Assembly: GCA_002104905.1 (NCBI GenBank)
Contig: MCFE01000401.1
Span: 17,304 to 81,303, forward strand
Direction: 5' to 3'
Length of the DNA stretch: 64,000 nt
From: Basidiobolus meristosporus CBS 931.73
Taxonomy: Eukaryota > Fungi > Basidiobolomycota
The notes beneath the pieces were generated by a model. The model was given only the letters and a program-made list of their open reading frames with translations. It was not told where the DNA came from and searched no databases. Shown here piece after piece: positions 13,200 to 25,676 of the stretch. The first letter of the stretch is position 1. Every line of letters begins with the position of its first letter. The translations under genes and the position numbers were made by a program.

Positions 13200-16100
13200 A
13201 TGAACTCTATGCCATTACCACTTTCACATGGAGCCCCACAGTTTGATGGAAAGAATGTGGAGAGCTTCATATTCAAATGGGAGAAGCTCTGCAAGATGTG
13301 CAGCCTATCTGAACAAGAAATGGCTGAAGACTTCCCCTACTACTGCACCAATGATATTACCACTAAGATTCTCAGACAAGGAGACATTCTGACTGACTGG
13401 ACCTTAATGAAGACCTACCTACAGACCAAGTATGGCAGACCCCAGATATACTATGGAATTGAAGACCTCAGACACTTTGGAAGAATGGGACTCTCCAAGC
13501 TACCACTTGAAGAGTTCATTCAACAATATGAAGATATGGCCAAGCCACTCCTAGAGTCCCAGGCAATAACTGAGTTTACCATGACACTTTACCTTGCACA
13601 AGGGCTTCCCCAGGAATTGGCAAGGAAAGTTGACCTACATGCAGCCAAGGATGACAAGTCTGGCATTCCTTGCTTTGCAGAGATGAAACGTGTACTCCTA
13701 GAGGCAAAGCAAACTTCTACCTTTATGAGACTCCTGACATCTAATCTGCCAGACCAGCCAACTAAGGAGCCAAAGAGTGCTGTTGCTGACAATCAGACCT
13801 ACACTACTGACAGAATTGACCAACTTGCTGAACAGCTACAAAAGCTAGCCCTCAAGATTAATGGCTCAGCCAAGGAAGCTACTGAGGGCCAAAGAGCTCT
13901 GCCTAGACACTGCATTTGGTGTGACTCTACTCAGCATGCCAGACGTGAATGCTCAGAGCTTAGCCAGCTACTTAGAGAAGGAACAGTACAGTTTGATGCT
14001 GATGGAATGCTTGCTGATAAGGAAGGAAAAAGGATTCCCACTAATTTCTGGAGAGGTGGAATGAGAGCCCTTTTCCAGAAGTCTGACTCAGCAACTAGAA
14101 AGATTACTGTTGATGCCCCTATTGAGACTCATACAGTGAGTCCAAACAGCCCTGACAACAGAAAACACAAAGTAGACACCTTTGCTACTAAGAGACACCT
14201 TCCTGAAGAACCTGTTAAACCCATCCTTAGAAGACCACGATTTGAAGAGCCTGAGGTTATTATTGACAAGAGGCCTGGAACACTGCCTACCCAAGACCCA
14301 TTACCCCACTTTCAGATGACCTCAAAGATAGCAAGCTACTCAAGCCCCCAATTGATTACTGAGAAACTACTGAAGCAGAACCTCACTTTGTCAGTTGGAG
14401 AAATCATGAGTGTATCACCGTCTGTTAGGAAGACCTTTGATGAGCAGCTTGGAACAAGAAGACAAGCTGTTGAACATATGGACACCCATATAATCCAGAC
14501 AAACCATGAAGACCACAAAAAGGATGACAATGCTACCAAATATAAGACCTTTTACTCAGTTGCAACTGCTATGGTGAAAGGGTATATTTATGATGACCCT
14601 GTTGACTGCCATATTGACAGTGGTTTGGAGATTTGTGTTATGCCGCTAGACTTCTGGAAGACGCTTAGAAGCAAGGAGCTACTGCCTGTAGATAGAGATA
14701 TTGGATGGAACATGACTGATGCAAACTCAGGATCTAGTCCACTCTATGGTGTAGTGCACAAGTTCCCTATTAAGGTACAAGGAATCAAGGTCTGGCTTCC
14801 CCTCTTTATCTGCCAGAAGGCAAACTTTGACCTTCTGTTAGGCAGACCATGGGAGACCAGTACTAAGGCTACAACCACCAACTATTCTGATGGGTCAGTG
14901 TAGTACACTATACAAGGATCCAACCCAGGACTACAGTCAACATTCTGTGGGGTAACACCCAACAATAAGAGGACACATACCGCCTGCCAGAAGACACAAC
15001 TTGTTATAGAAGAAGATGAGGAGCCTGACAATATACACCCCAACAGTTGGAGCTGCTCATTAGGTATACAGGAGCAGACAGCTATGGTCTGCACAAAATA
15101 CAAGACAGTAGAACAGAAGATTAGACCATCACTTACACCTTTAACTGATGGATCTTGACCTGCTGATTACATCAGACCACCAGAAGGAACACCAGAAGAT
15201 ATACGACTTACACCTGAGAGACTTAAGCAACTTATCATTGGTGATGGAAACCTAACACCGAAGGAGATCTTACTATTTGAAGAAACCCTGAAAAGGCATG
15301 ATAAGGTTTTCTCATATAACGACAAGGAGATGGGACTCTTAAAGACATTGGTTGAAAAACCTATCAAGATTTATACAGTGCCCCACACACCCTGGTCATT
15401 TAAGCCTTACCCACTACCTAGAGGACTCCAAGCTGATGTGCATGACCTACTTAAGAAGAAGATTGAAGCTGGTATCCTAGAACCTTGCCATGGACCTTAT
15501 GCTAACAGATGGTTTGTGACCAAAAAGAAGAATGGGAAGCTCCAATTCATTCAAGACATGCAACCTGCAAATGCTGTCACCATCAGAGATGCCGCAATAC
15601 CTCCATCTATTGATGACTTTGCAGAAAGCTTTAGTGGTCACTCCATCTACTCAACATATGATCTCTACTCAGGATATGACCAGATCCCCCTAGATGAGAC
15701 ATCAAGAGATATGTTTGCACTCCAGACACCATTTGGACTGCTAAGAATGACAAGACTTAGCCAAGGGGCAACAAACTCCGTGGCTCAGTTCCAGAGATGC
15801 ATGGTAAATGTGCTCTACCAGTTTATACCTGAGAAACTTGCTGTCTTTGTTGATGACATAGGCATCAAAGGACCAAAACTCCGGGACACAACTGAAGTTA
15901 TGCCTGGAGTAAGAAAGTTTGTCTATGACCATATATCAGACAATGATGCCATATTAGGAGCCATTGAAGAAGCTGGACTCACCATCAGTGGTGAGAAAAG
16001 CAGCTTTGGTGTATCAGAGATATCCATTGTTGGGCAAAAATGCAACACCTTTGGTTGTTCACCCAGAGACTCCAAGACACAAAAAATATGCAACTGGCCT

Positions 16101-18053
16101 ACCCCCACAAATCTAACACAAGCTTGTGGCTTTGTGGCAGCTTGTGGGTTCTTTAGGATCTGGATCCCAAGATTTTCTGAGATAGCAGAACCAATCTACC
16201 AACTACAGAGAAAGAATGCCCCATTTAACAGGGGAGAAGAGCAAGAAGAAGCCGTGCAATTACTAAAAGAGGCCTTAGTATCTCCACCAGTTCTGAGACC
16301 TCTTGACTATCAGAGCACTGAATGCCCACCTATCTTGACAGTGGATGCAAGCCCTATAGGAGCTGGAGCACTACTTGGCCAAGATGATGAAGATGGCAAC
16401 CGCTATGCCTGCAGATATGAGCGCTGCCTCTTCTCTCCTAGAGAACAAAGATACTCACAGATTAAGAGAGAGCCACTAGGAGTTGTGAAGATGCTGAGAA
16501 AGCTGAAATCACAACTCTACATGACACATTTCATCCTGGAGACAGATGCTAAGCCACTTATAGGAATGATCAACAAGCCTGACCTACCTGATGATGCCAC
16601 AAATCGGTGGATGGCATGGCTGAAAATGTTTGACTTTGAGGTCAGACATATCCCTGGCAAGACAAATGTTGTGGCTGATGCACTCTCTAGGAAGGGACCA
16701 CAGTTGTCTGAAGATATGGACACTGACTTTGATGACATAATTGATGCAGAAATCCAACAACTACACGTGAAGAAGCCCAGCAACTCTATGTGGAACACCA
16801 TTCAAGACTATCTGAGAACCTTAGAGAAGCCACCAGGAATGAGCCCACATGATTTCAGAAAGCTCAGGAAGAAGGCCCATCATTTCTACATAAAAGATGG
16901 CCTCCTCTTCAAACAAGTAAAGCCTGGACAGACACCAAGGAGAGTTATAGTTGAGCCCCAGGAACAACTGACTATTATGTCAAGCCTTCATGAAGGAAGA
17001 CCTGGTGGTCATAGAGGCAGAGATGCCACTTACAATGTTGTTTCCAGTAGATACTACTGGGAGCATATGTATCATGATGTCCAACACTTTGTTGAATCTT
17101 GTGACATTTGCCAAAGAAGGTCAACCAAGAGATATGAGGAGCCACTCCATCCAACCTACACACCTTGTCTATGGCAGAAGGTTGGCATTGACCTGGTCCA
17201 CATGCCAACTGCTGGAACCAAGAAGTACCTTGTTGTTGCCAGAGATGATCTGAGTGGGTGGGTAGAAGCTCAAGCCCTATCCAATAACAAAAGCCACACC
17301 ATATGGAGATTTATTCTTGAAGATATAATATGCAGATTTGGCTGCATCAGCCAGTTTGTTGCTGACCAAGGAGAAATGACCTCAAATTTGATCCAGGAAC
17401 TCTGCTCACAATACAAGATTCATATTGCTTTCACCACCGCTTATCACCCACAGGCCAATGGAATGGTTGAAAGAGGCCATGGCCCGTTAGTTAACTCCCT
17501 GGTCAAGAGCTGCAACAACATGACACTACAGTGGCCTACACAACTTCATCTAGCACTCTGGGCAGATAGAATCACTACAAAGCGCAGCACAGGTCTATCT
17601 CCATTCAAATTGCTTTACGGACATGATTGCGTTCTTCCCATAGAGCTTGACTCAATATCCTGGAACATGCTAGAGTGGAGAACTACAATGAGTACAGAAG
17701 AACTACTGACTACACGCATCAAACAGCTTGATCACCATGAACTTGATATTACCCAAGCAGCTGCTAAACTCAAAGAGACAAGACTTCAGAACAAGGAACC
17801 ATTTGACAAGTCACATAGCCTTAGACCAAAACCATTACTGCTAGGAGATCCAGTACTACTCTATGATTCCACTTTAGACAAGCAGTGGAGTCACAAATTT
17901 GACAATAAGTGGTCTGGCCCATATATTATCTCTAAGGTGATTGGAAATGGAAGCTACTACCTGTCTGAACTTGATGGAACACCGCTAAGAGCACCTGTGG
18001 CAGGAAACCGACTTAAGCTATTCAAGCACCGGAATTTTGCACATCACATTTAG
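13200..18053 (+). pseudogene. Single-frame gag-pol of Gypsy-B with two in-frame stops (TAG 14901-14903, TGA ~15156)
   Basis: ORFs 13200 and 15330 share a frame; CIWCDSTQHARREC knuckle, IDSG protease, FVDD RT, VDAS RNase H, HHCC and D-D-E integrase, WSGPY motif; no chromodomain after it. Confidence 0.93.
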
Positions 18054-21000
18054 TTTGCTTTGACCTGAGTTCAAAGCTGAGAGGGGGGTGGATGTAGTGG
18101 GGTCACAGTGACACCCACAGGCAGATGTGTTTCATTCTTATGCGTTCACTTCCCTAAAAAGGATTACCCCGCCTATATTATTATCATCCCAAATTTGCAA
18201 TATTTCCTATTTTTGTCTATGTGATTATTACTATGCAACCTGACAAACTATTTGTCACTATTAACCCATTGCACAAGCTATTCTTATTCCTTGCCAAGAT
18301 GCCAAGATAAGATAGTTACCTTATAAGGCAAGTACCCCAACAGTGCCCATGTCACGTGACCATCTTGGTTTCATAACCCCCATCTCACTACCATAAGAGG
18401 CAACCACATGACACAGAGGTTTCATATTACCACTACCTGATTGGCTAGGTGCTACTATGTCTCATGGAACAATCTGCCAAGAATTTGCGCTATTTTTAGT
18501 ACACAAAGACATGATTGGTTGTCTACTACCTTCTGGAAACTTCTGGAAAGTATTTTCTAGCAAGAAATTGAGCAGCAAAAAAGTATATAAGGGAGGCTAT
18601 CCCTTAAAATAAATCATCCCTCTTCCAATATTCCGACTTATTGATTAGTGAGATCACCGCTACCTATTACCACTATTTTCTGACTCAGACCTGACGACAC
18701 TCCCAGGAAACCGCGCTGACAGCCAACTGACCTTGGAGGCACTACTTGTGAGGAATACTCAGAGTAGGTATATTTTATTATATTTGTTTGTTTTCCCAAG
18801 TTTGTTCTTGTACAGGCAAAGATACTTTTCAGTCTTTGTAACTATTGGTCAAAGCTGCATTCTTATCAAGTCCCTGTTGGTGGAGTTTACAGTTGTTTTG
18901 ACTTTGGAAGCTTTAGTACATTGTCATCTCAAAGGACGTCAAAGCCATTATAAGCTTTTGTTAAGACGCCAACTAAGTTGGGGATTGTAGTTCAATAGTT
19001 TTCCCTTGACAAGCTTGAGGCTTTATCCCCCATCACATTAGATTAGACAAAAGACCCAGTATTCCTAGCAAGCTTTTTCCAGAGGTTATCGCACCCAGTG
19101 AACACCCCACACACATTCACACTTGAGAAGTGTTGGCCGTATTTTGCCCTCTGGACTTATACACCACCACACCGGAGGAGCTTGAATGGACTGCTAAGAA
19201 ATTTAAAAGTATTGGCTCCCTGGAGTACTTCTCACAGGCTCCAATTAATATTCATACACATACACTATAATATAAATGCAAGGACTGGCTGAACTAGAGA
19301 TGTGGCTATTTAAGCGGCTTTTAGAAGCCATTTTCACCAAAAATATGTTGGAAACATTGGAAGTCATATGCTGACATTTCAGAAGCGTTTAATCAGAAGT
19401 GGATCACCAATGCAAACTTGATGCATCTACAGCCTCTATGCAGGGAGTTTGCAATGGGATTCAAGCAGCTTTACTTGAAGAATAAGTTGAGCATGTGGAT
19501 CTCTGCAGCTACTGTACTCATTCTCTGCTTTATCTTGCTTGGTATGTGGAGAATATTGGGCTTTGCTTCACATTTTGGGAGTTTGCTATGAAGCAGATAT
19601 GTGAGTACACAGGAAGACAAGTCAAGTTGCAGATACTACCATATACAAATCTCATCAAGAAGAGTACCTTCAAGTCCATCATGGATGTGTTGAATTGGCA
19701 AAAGGAGGAGAGCCAGGAAGAGTTGAGAAATTCTGAGGACAGATGTGCACATGAGCCACCTACAACTTTGGCATCAAGAAGCTAAGAAGCCCCATTGCGT
19801 GGGTCAACAATTACGTAATGCAAAGCTGAGTTGGGCACCACAAGTACTAATTTTTATTAGGACAACCTTTCCAAAGCATGCCATGTTTCTGGTGATCTAG
19901 GTCAATTGCTACACCATCTATAATGGAATATGTACAAATAAGAGCCAGAGTACACCAATAATGTGTATGTTACCAGCAAAACAAGGTGTATAGCAGCTTT
20001 GCAAGTATCAAACTAAAAGGCCATTAAGTTGAGGTGATAGAAGTTTGTTAAATGCAGCAGGTGCATGTGTAAGAGCAGTTAGGAAGCAGGAGGCCATGGT
20101 TTTTCTGACTTAAACTTTGTGTGAAATACACATTTTAGTAGTGGATGAGCAAGTATATTTGGGGTGATTCTACAGTCAAGAATATGAATGGCACAAAGGG
20201 TGGTAGGAAGAGAAAATACCATTTGGTGTATATGCATAGTAGCAATATACAGGGCTAGCTGTAGGCTGTCTTGCAGCCATTATAATGTCAGCAAGGTTTT
20301 GCAATGAGGCCATTGGAACACCATCAAATTTGTTGCCATATGAGGCTATTGGATGTATTGGCCAGTTAGGCTGCTCAAATATATGTAGAGTGCATTAAGA
20401 TTGTTAGTATGCCATGCAATTTTTGTCAAAAGACCACGTAAATATTGTCAAGGTTTGTACTTTATTTGGCAGCTATATTGATAATATACTGTCACAACCC
20501 CGCCATCAGAGGATGTGGAGGGTCAGTAATTCCAAGCTTCTGGTGTTATGATGGACCTGTTGCAGTATCCTGATGGCTGATCTGGACAGTGTCCACCTAA
20601 TAGACCAAGTTTGCTTTCATGAGGTGCAATGAAGCCTTTGTAATGTCAGCAGCTTGTAATTATTCACCATCTTTATAATATTTTGATGCAATTGTGACTG
20701 TGTCTTGATATCTTACTGCTAAATAGGGTGATAAACTTCATGGTGATTTGGCGGTCCTTCATTGGCAGATGAATGGCACTTTAATAGTCTTATTGCAGCC
20801 TTCATGTATCTGGGAAGACCCAACTAGCCGGTACATGCAAATGCCACATATGAAAAAAACTTGATGGCCTTTTGACAGCTTTGATGTGGATATTTGTGGT
20901 ATTGCAATGGCAGCATGGTAGTACACAGCTAGTGCTGCATGATGTTACCATACCAATTTACCAGGTGGCATTTTCTTTCTCTACCTCCCCTTTTGTCATC

Positions 21001-21146
21001 CATGTATTCTGCTGTAGAATCACTTGAATATACTTGCTCATTCACTACTAAAATGGGTATTTCACTTATGGTTGAATCAAAAAAACTATGAACTCCTGCT
21101 TACTAGCCTCTGCGTGTGGGCATACCTACTGCAATTGGCATACTTC

Positions 21147-24100
21147 TGTTACAGGTCTTGGCATAAGAGTTGTAGAGGAATAGGGAGTTTAGCTAGTATT
21201 GTATTCACTAGAACTTGAACTGATTTTTATTGAGGTTCCAGCAGCTCCTTATATACATTTTGCCAGATCAATTGCTGACTAATTATATTTCCCAATGTAG
21301 GTTGTGGCTGATGACTCATTTGTCTGCATCACCATCACCCAATAAGCTCCTACTTAATATATCTATTCCTGTCTGATAAGGGTTTGCTGATTCATTTGCT
21401 GACTAATGCTACTGATTAGACAGATAACACTCATACACTGATAGGCTGAACATAAAACTGATTGATTTGACTAAGAATTGATCTAACATAAATATTCAAG
21501 CAGTAGATCAACATGTTCTCCCCTACTAAAGCTGAGAAGGTTCTCCTGAATCTCTTTTCTTATGATACTGGTATTGTGATGGTTCAGTATTGTTGGCAAG
21601 TCTTGCAAGCTTGAGTCTGTCTCTATGAGCTAAATCTTCCCAGATATTCCCTTGTTTGTCCACTAGTTGGTAAGTTGCATATGGACATTCCTTTATGATC
21701 TTGAAAGAACCTGTCCATTGTGGCTGAAACTTCTTCCCAGTATTGTTTTTCAGCAATCTAAAGTTCCAGACTGTCAATGATTTTGGTTAAAGAGTCTTAT
21801 CAAATCTGTATTTCAGCTTCTCAGCACTTTGTGATGCTTTAGCCTGTACCACTTGACGTCTTTGTTCCAGCTGCTGGTGTCTACTTTGCTGACTGAGCTC
21901 ATCTTCTAAAGTGTCTGTAAGCTTTGGTTGTGTGAGATCTCCTGGAATCCTTGGTTCACATCCATACACTAAGTAGAATGGCAATTGTTGGGTGGTATTG
22001 TGTACTCTGACTTTCTGGGGTACTGGAGTAGAGGAATCCTCCTATAATATTGCCATGAGGAACTTTTGGGTGCCTTTTCTAAGTGCTCTACAGCACTGTG
22101 TCTTGCTAAGTTCACTTGTTTCATACACACTGGAATTGACCAATTTGAAATCCAGTCTGGCAGGTAATAGCTTGTAGGTCTTGTTGTTGTTCTGGATCTG
22201 AGTAGCATGGGTTCTCCAGTTGACTGATGGATTACAACAAAATAGCCAGGTTTTTCCAAGTACAAGGTCAAGCTTGCAGTTCCCAGATATATAGGCCTGT
22301 AGGTCTTCTTCATAATCATTGATCTTCATCCTTACTGGCTGAGTAGTATGGTTGACTATTTGAGAGTTCCCATCAGCTGTTGAGACTGGGAGTTGATTTG
22401 GTTGGTTCTGAGATGATTCCAGCTTTCAAAGCAAACTACTCTGACATGTGCTCATGCAATGCTTCTGAGTCAATCATGATCTTGGCAGGTACTCTATTGA
22501 TTACTCCATCCAAATATAATAGCTTTCCTGAGTTTGAGGTCATCTGGGATAGGTATTCTTTTGTCATATGAGAGGTGAGTTTTAAGTCTTCTTCATGTTC
22601 ATCCACCATGTTACTTTGCTCAAGGGCTTCAATATGATTGAAGGTTCATGATTGCTAGTGTCCATTTCTTCTCTGAGGGCAGTACTTTGTAATACATCCC
22701 TGCTGATGGCAATTGAAGCAAAGTCCTTTCTTCTTACATTCTTCTGAGGTAGGGTTCTTCTGCCTATCTTCTATTTCCATTGGCACTGCTTCTGTTTGTC
22801 TTCTTTCATAATGATTGTAGCCTCTCTGATTAGTCCTTGTTGGCTTCCCAACTCCAAACATAGCTGAGTCATAGTCAATGGCAATCTTGAAGGTTTCTTT
22901 AATAGCCTGGGGTCTTTGATAATTCAGTTCCTTGCAAGTACTTTCTTTCAACCTATCAATAAAGTATTCCATTTGATCCAGGGGATTTATTGTTTCAATT
23001 TGTCCAAGTAGACATCTATATTCATGGATATACTCTTGAGCCATTCCTTTCTGTCCAAGTGTCCTCAACTTTCTTCTTAGTAGTGTCTGCTGGTGTGGAG
23101 GTTCAAAAGTATTCTGAATTTCTAACACAAACTCATCCCAGGTGGAGATTGTAGAGCATCCCATAATGGTGGCTGACCTTATCTTGTTGTGGTACCACTG
23201 TAGAGCTGCATCTGCCAGATAAGAGGCTGCATAAGATAACTTGCTTTCTGGAGCAAATTCCCTTAGCCTTGAAAGCTTCTTCAATTGGGAAGAGCCAGGT
23301 TCCCAGGTTTTCATTGACTCTACCATAGTACCAGTGTAGTGGGGTGACATTGACACCCACTGACAGATGTGCTCATTCCCTTATTTTCTACTTCCCTATA
23401 TCTCTACTACACTTATTTTAGTTTTATCCCATTTGTCTTACCCAATCAGTACCATCCCATAAGCTGGTTGACTATCACACCTGCTTACCTTATTGCATAA
23501 GTTACTCCCGCTTTATGTAAAATTACTAGCTATAAGTGCTACTATATTACGCAAGTACCCGCGCCAGTACCCATGACACATGATCAACCTGTGTCACCAT
23601 CCCTACCATTCCCATACCATATGGTATCCCTATGTTACACAGGTCTCAGAATACTGATTCCTTATTGGTTGGATGTGCTGTGCCTCTTGGAACCTTCCGG
23701 CACCTACTTAGAACATTCTTAGGTCATTCTGATGTCATTAAGATTTCTATTGATATCCGGAACATTCTGGAACACCATGATTAGTTATCACTTGGCCAGT
23801 AAGAAAAGTATACAAGAGAGGCTATCCCTCAACAATAGGTCATCATCCCTTTTATCAATATACTGACTTGTTGATTAGTGTGATCACTGCTACCTGCTGC
23901 TACCTGAACTTCCATACCCAGACCACAGGACACTCCCAGGAAGCCACGCAGACAGCCAACTGACCTTGGAGGCATTACTTGTGAGGAATACACAGAGTAG
24001 GTATCTTTTATTATATTTGATTCTTTCCCAAGCTTGTTCTTGAACAGGCAAAGATACTTTTCCGTCTTTGTAACTATTGACCACAGCTGCATTCTTATCA

Positions 24101-24988
24101 AGTCCCTGCTGGTGGAGTTTACAGTTGTTTTGACTTTGGAAGCTTTAGTACATGTCATCTCAAAGGACACTGAACCCAGCACCTACTTTTGCTAAGATGC
24201 CAACTAAGTTGGGGATTGTAGCTCAATAGTTTTCCCTTGACAAGCTTGTGGCTTTATTCCCCTTCACATAAGATTGGAGACAGAACCCAAGTATTCCTAG
24301 CAAAGCTTTTGCCAGAGGTTATTGCACCCAGTGAACACCCCACTCACAAAACACTTGAGAAGTGTTGGACTTATCTCTCCCTTGGACTTATACACCACCA
24401 CACCAGTTTACCTTCACACTAAAGTTGCTATTGACAGAGTTTTGCTGACTTTGGGCCATGGTAGTCATTCCTTGTTGCTGCTGGCTAAGGATCTGGAGTA
24501 ACTATTGCTGTTGGGCCAGCATTTGCGGCATAGCATTCTTCAATCCTTGATTTTTAGACATCTTGAGGGAGGCTTCTTCTTTCATCAGGAGGGAGGTTTC
24601 TGGTTATTACTGCTACTAATGTTACAAGTCTTCGTATAAGAGTTGTAGAGGAATAGGGAGTTTAGCTAGCATTGTATTCACTAGAACTTGAACTGATTTT
24701 TATTGAGGTTCCAGCAGCTCCTTATATACATTTTGCCAGATCAATTGCTGACTAATTATATTTCCCAATGTAGGTTGTGGCTGATGACTCATTTGATTGC
24801 ATCATAATCACCCAGTAAGATCTTACTTACTATATCTATTCCTGTCTGATTAGGATCTGCTGATTTATTTGCTGACTAATGCTACTGATTTGATAGATAA
24901 CACTCATATACTGATAGGGTGAATATACAACTAGTTGATTTGACTAAAAATTGATCTAATTTAAGCATTAAAGCAGTGGATCATAACA
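21147..24988 (-). mobile_element. Ty3/gypsy retrotransposon, family Gypsy-C; deletion derivative lacking RT, RNase H and the integrase core
   Basis: LTRs 21147-21513 and 24620-24988, 4-bp TSD CTTC (21143-21146, 24989-24992), purine tract next to 21514; gag with decayed CCHC, decayed protease (IDSE, LDLVLGKTWL) joined directly to the integrase C-terminus (PFYLVYG, WTGSFKI). Confidence 0.92.
23335..24402 (+). repeat. Solo LTR of the Gypsy-B family inside Gypsy-C gag
   Basis: TGTAGTGGGG...CACCACCACA, TSD CCAG both sides; flanks rejoin to the uninterrupted gag at 2430-2470. Confidence 0.95.
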
Positions 24989-25308
24989 CTTCTCTCACCT
25001 TAACATTATGGCTTTTCATTGTGATACTTACAAACATGCCATATTGGTTGTATTGCTGATAGCATATATATCATGCAAGTATGTTCATGGTTGCTGCTGC
25101 TGTTGCCATGAATACCTCTGGATTATCTGCAAAATACTCTTTGGTACTTAGCCAATATCTTTCTACTCCCCGCTATATTCTAGCTCCCCTTATTAGTATG
25201 CTTTAGTTATTGTATGTACAAATCCAATGTTGAAAGGTGCACACACTGGCTTGTACCTATTAGAAACCTGGCACACTATGATGATGCTGTACTGATATGA
25301 ATTTGTTG

Positions 25309-25676
25309 CATTATAATCAACTGCTGTATTGTTTGAGTTCGAGCAGTTTTTATTCAAATCAATTAGTTTTACATTTAGCCTCTCAGTATAAGAGTATTAT
25401 CTATCAAATCTGTGGTATTAGTTGGCCAGTCACTCAGCAGATCCTTATCAGGCAGAAATAGATGTATCAAGTTGAACCAAATTGGGTGATGATGATGCAA
25501 TCAAATGAGTAATAAGCCACAGCCTACATTAGGAGATACAATTAGTCAGCATTTGATCTGGCAAAATGTATAAATGGAGTGCTGGAACCTCAACAAAAAT
25601 CAGTTCAAGTTTTAGTGAATACAATATTTGCTAAACTCTTTATTCCTCTAAAACTCTTATAACAGGACTTGCAACA
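25309..25676 (+). repeat. Solo LTR of the Gypsy-C family
   Basis: Reverse complement of 24620-24988; TSD GTTG (25305-25308, 25677-25680); flanks rejoin to the D sequence seen at 37700-37745. Confidence 0.85.

Larger units (their letters stand above)
11980..19171 (+). mobile_element. Full-length Ty3/gypsy retrotransposon, family Gypsy-B, recent insertion
   Basis: LTRs 11980-13059 and 18093-19171 (TGTAGT...ACCACA; one 1-nt indel found), PPT GAGAGGGGGGTGGA 18079-18092, 4-bp TSD CCAG/CCGG, domain order gag-PR-RT-RH-IN. Confidence 0.98.
10054..20624 (+). mobile_element. CACTA-like family D, copy DA, rearranged and split by the full-length Gypsy-B element
   Basis: Accessory-gene relic on the minus strand at 10060-10800 (matches 33340-34200); transposase relic at 10800-11979 and 19172-20220 (matches 35680-38220); degenerate right terminus AAGTTTGCTTTCATGAGG ending ~20624. 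Confidence 0.8.

Noticed and set aside
14901-14903. Programmed TAG readthrough between gag and pol
   Set aside because: The stop lies after the protease, at a position where Trp is expected, and a second stop follows; simple mutation is more likely.
17990-18053. Chromodomain or env gene in Gypsy-B
   Set aside because: The ORF ends ~35 aa after the GPY motif and the PPT follows within ~30 bp.
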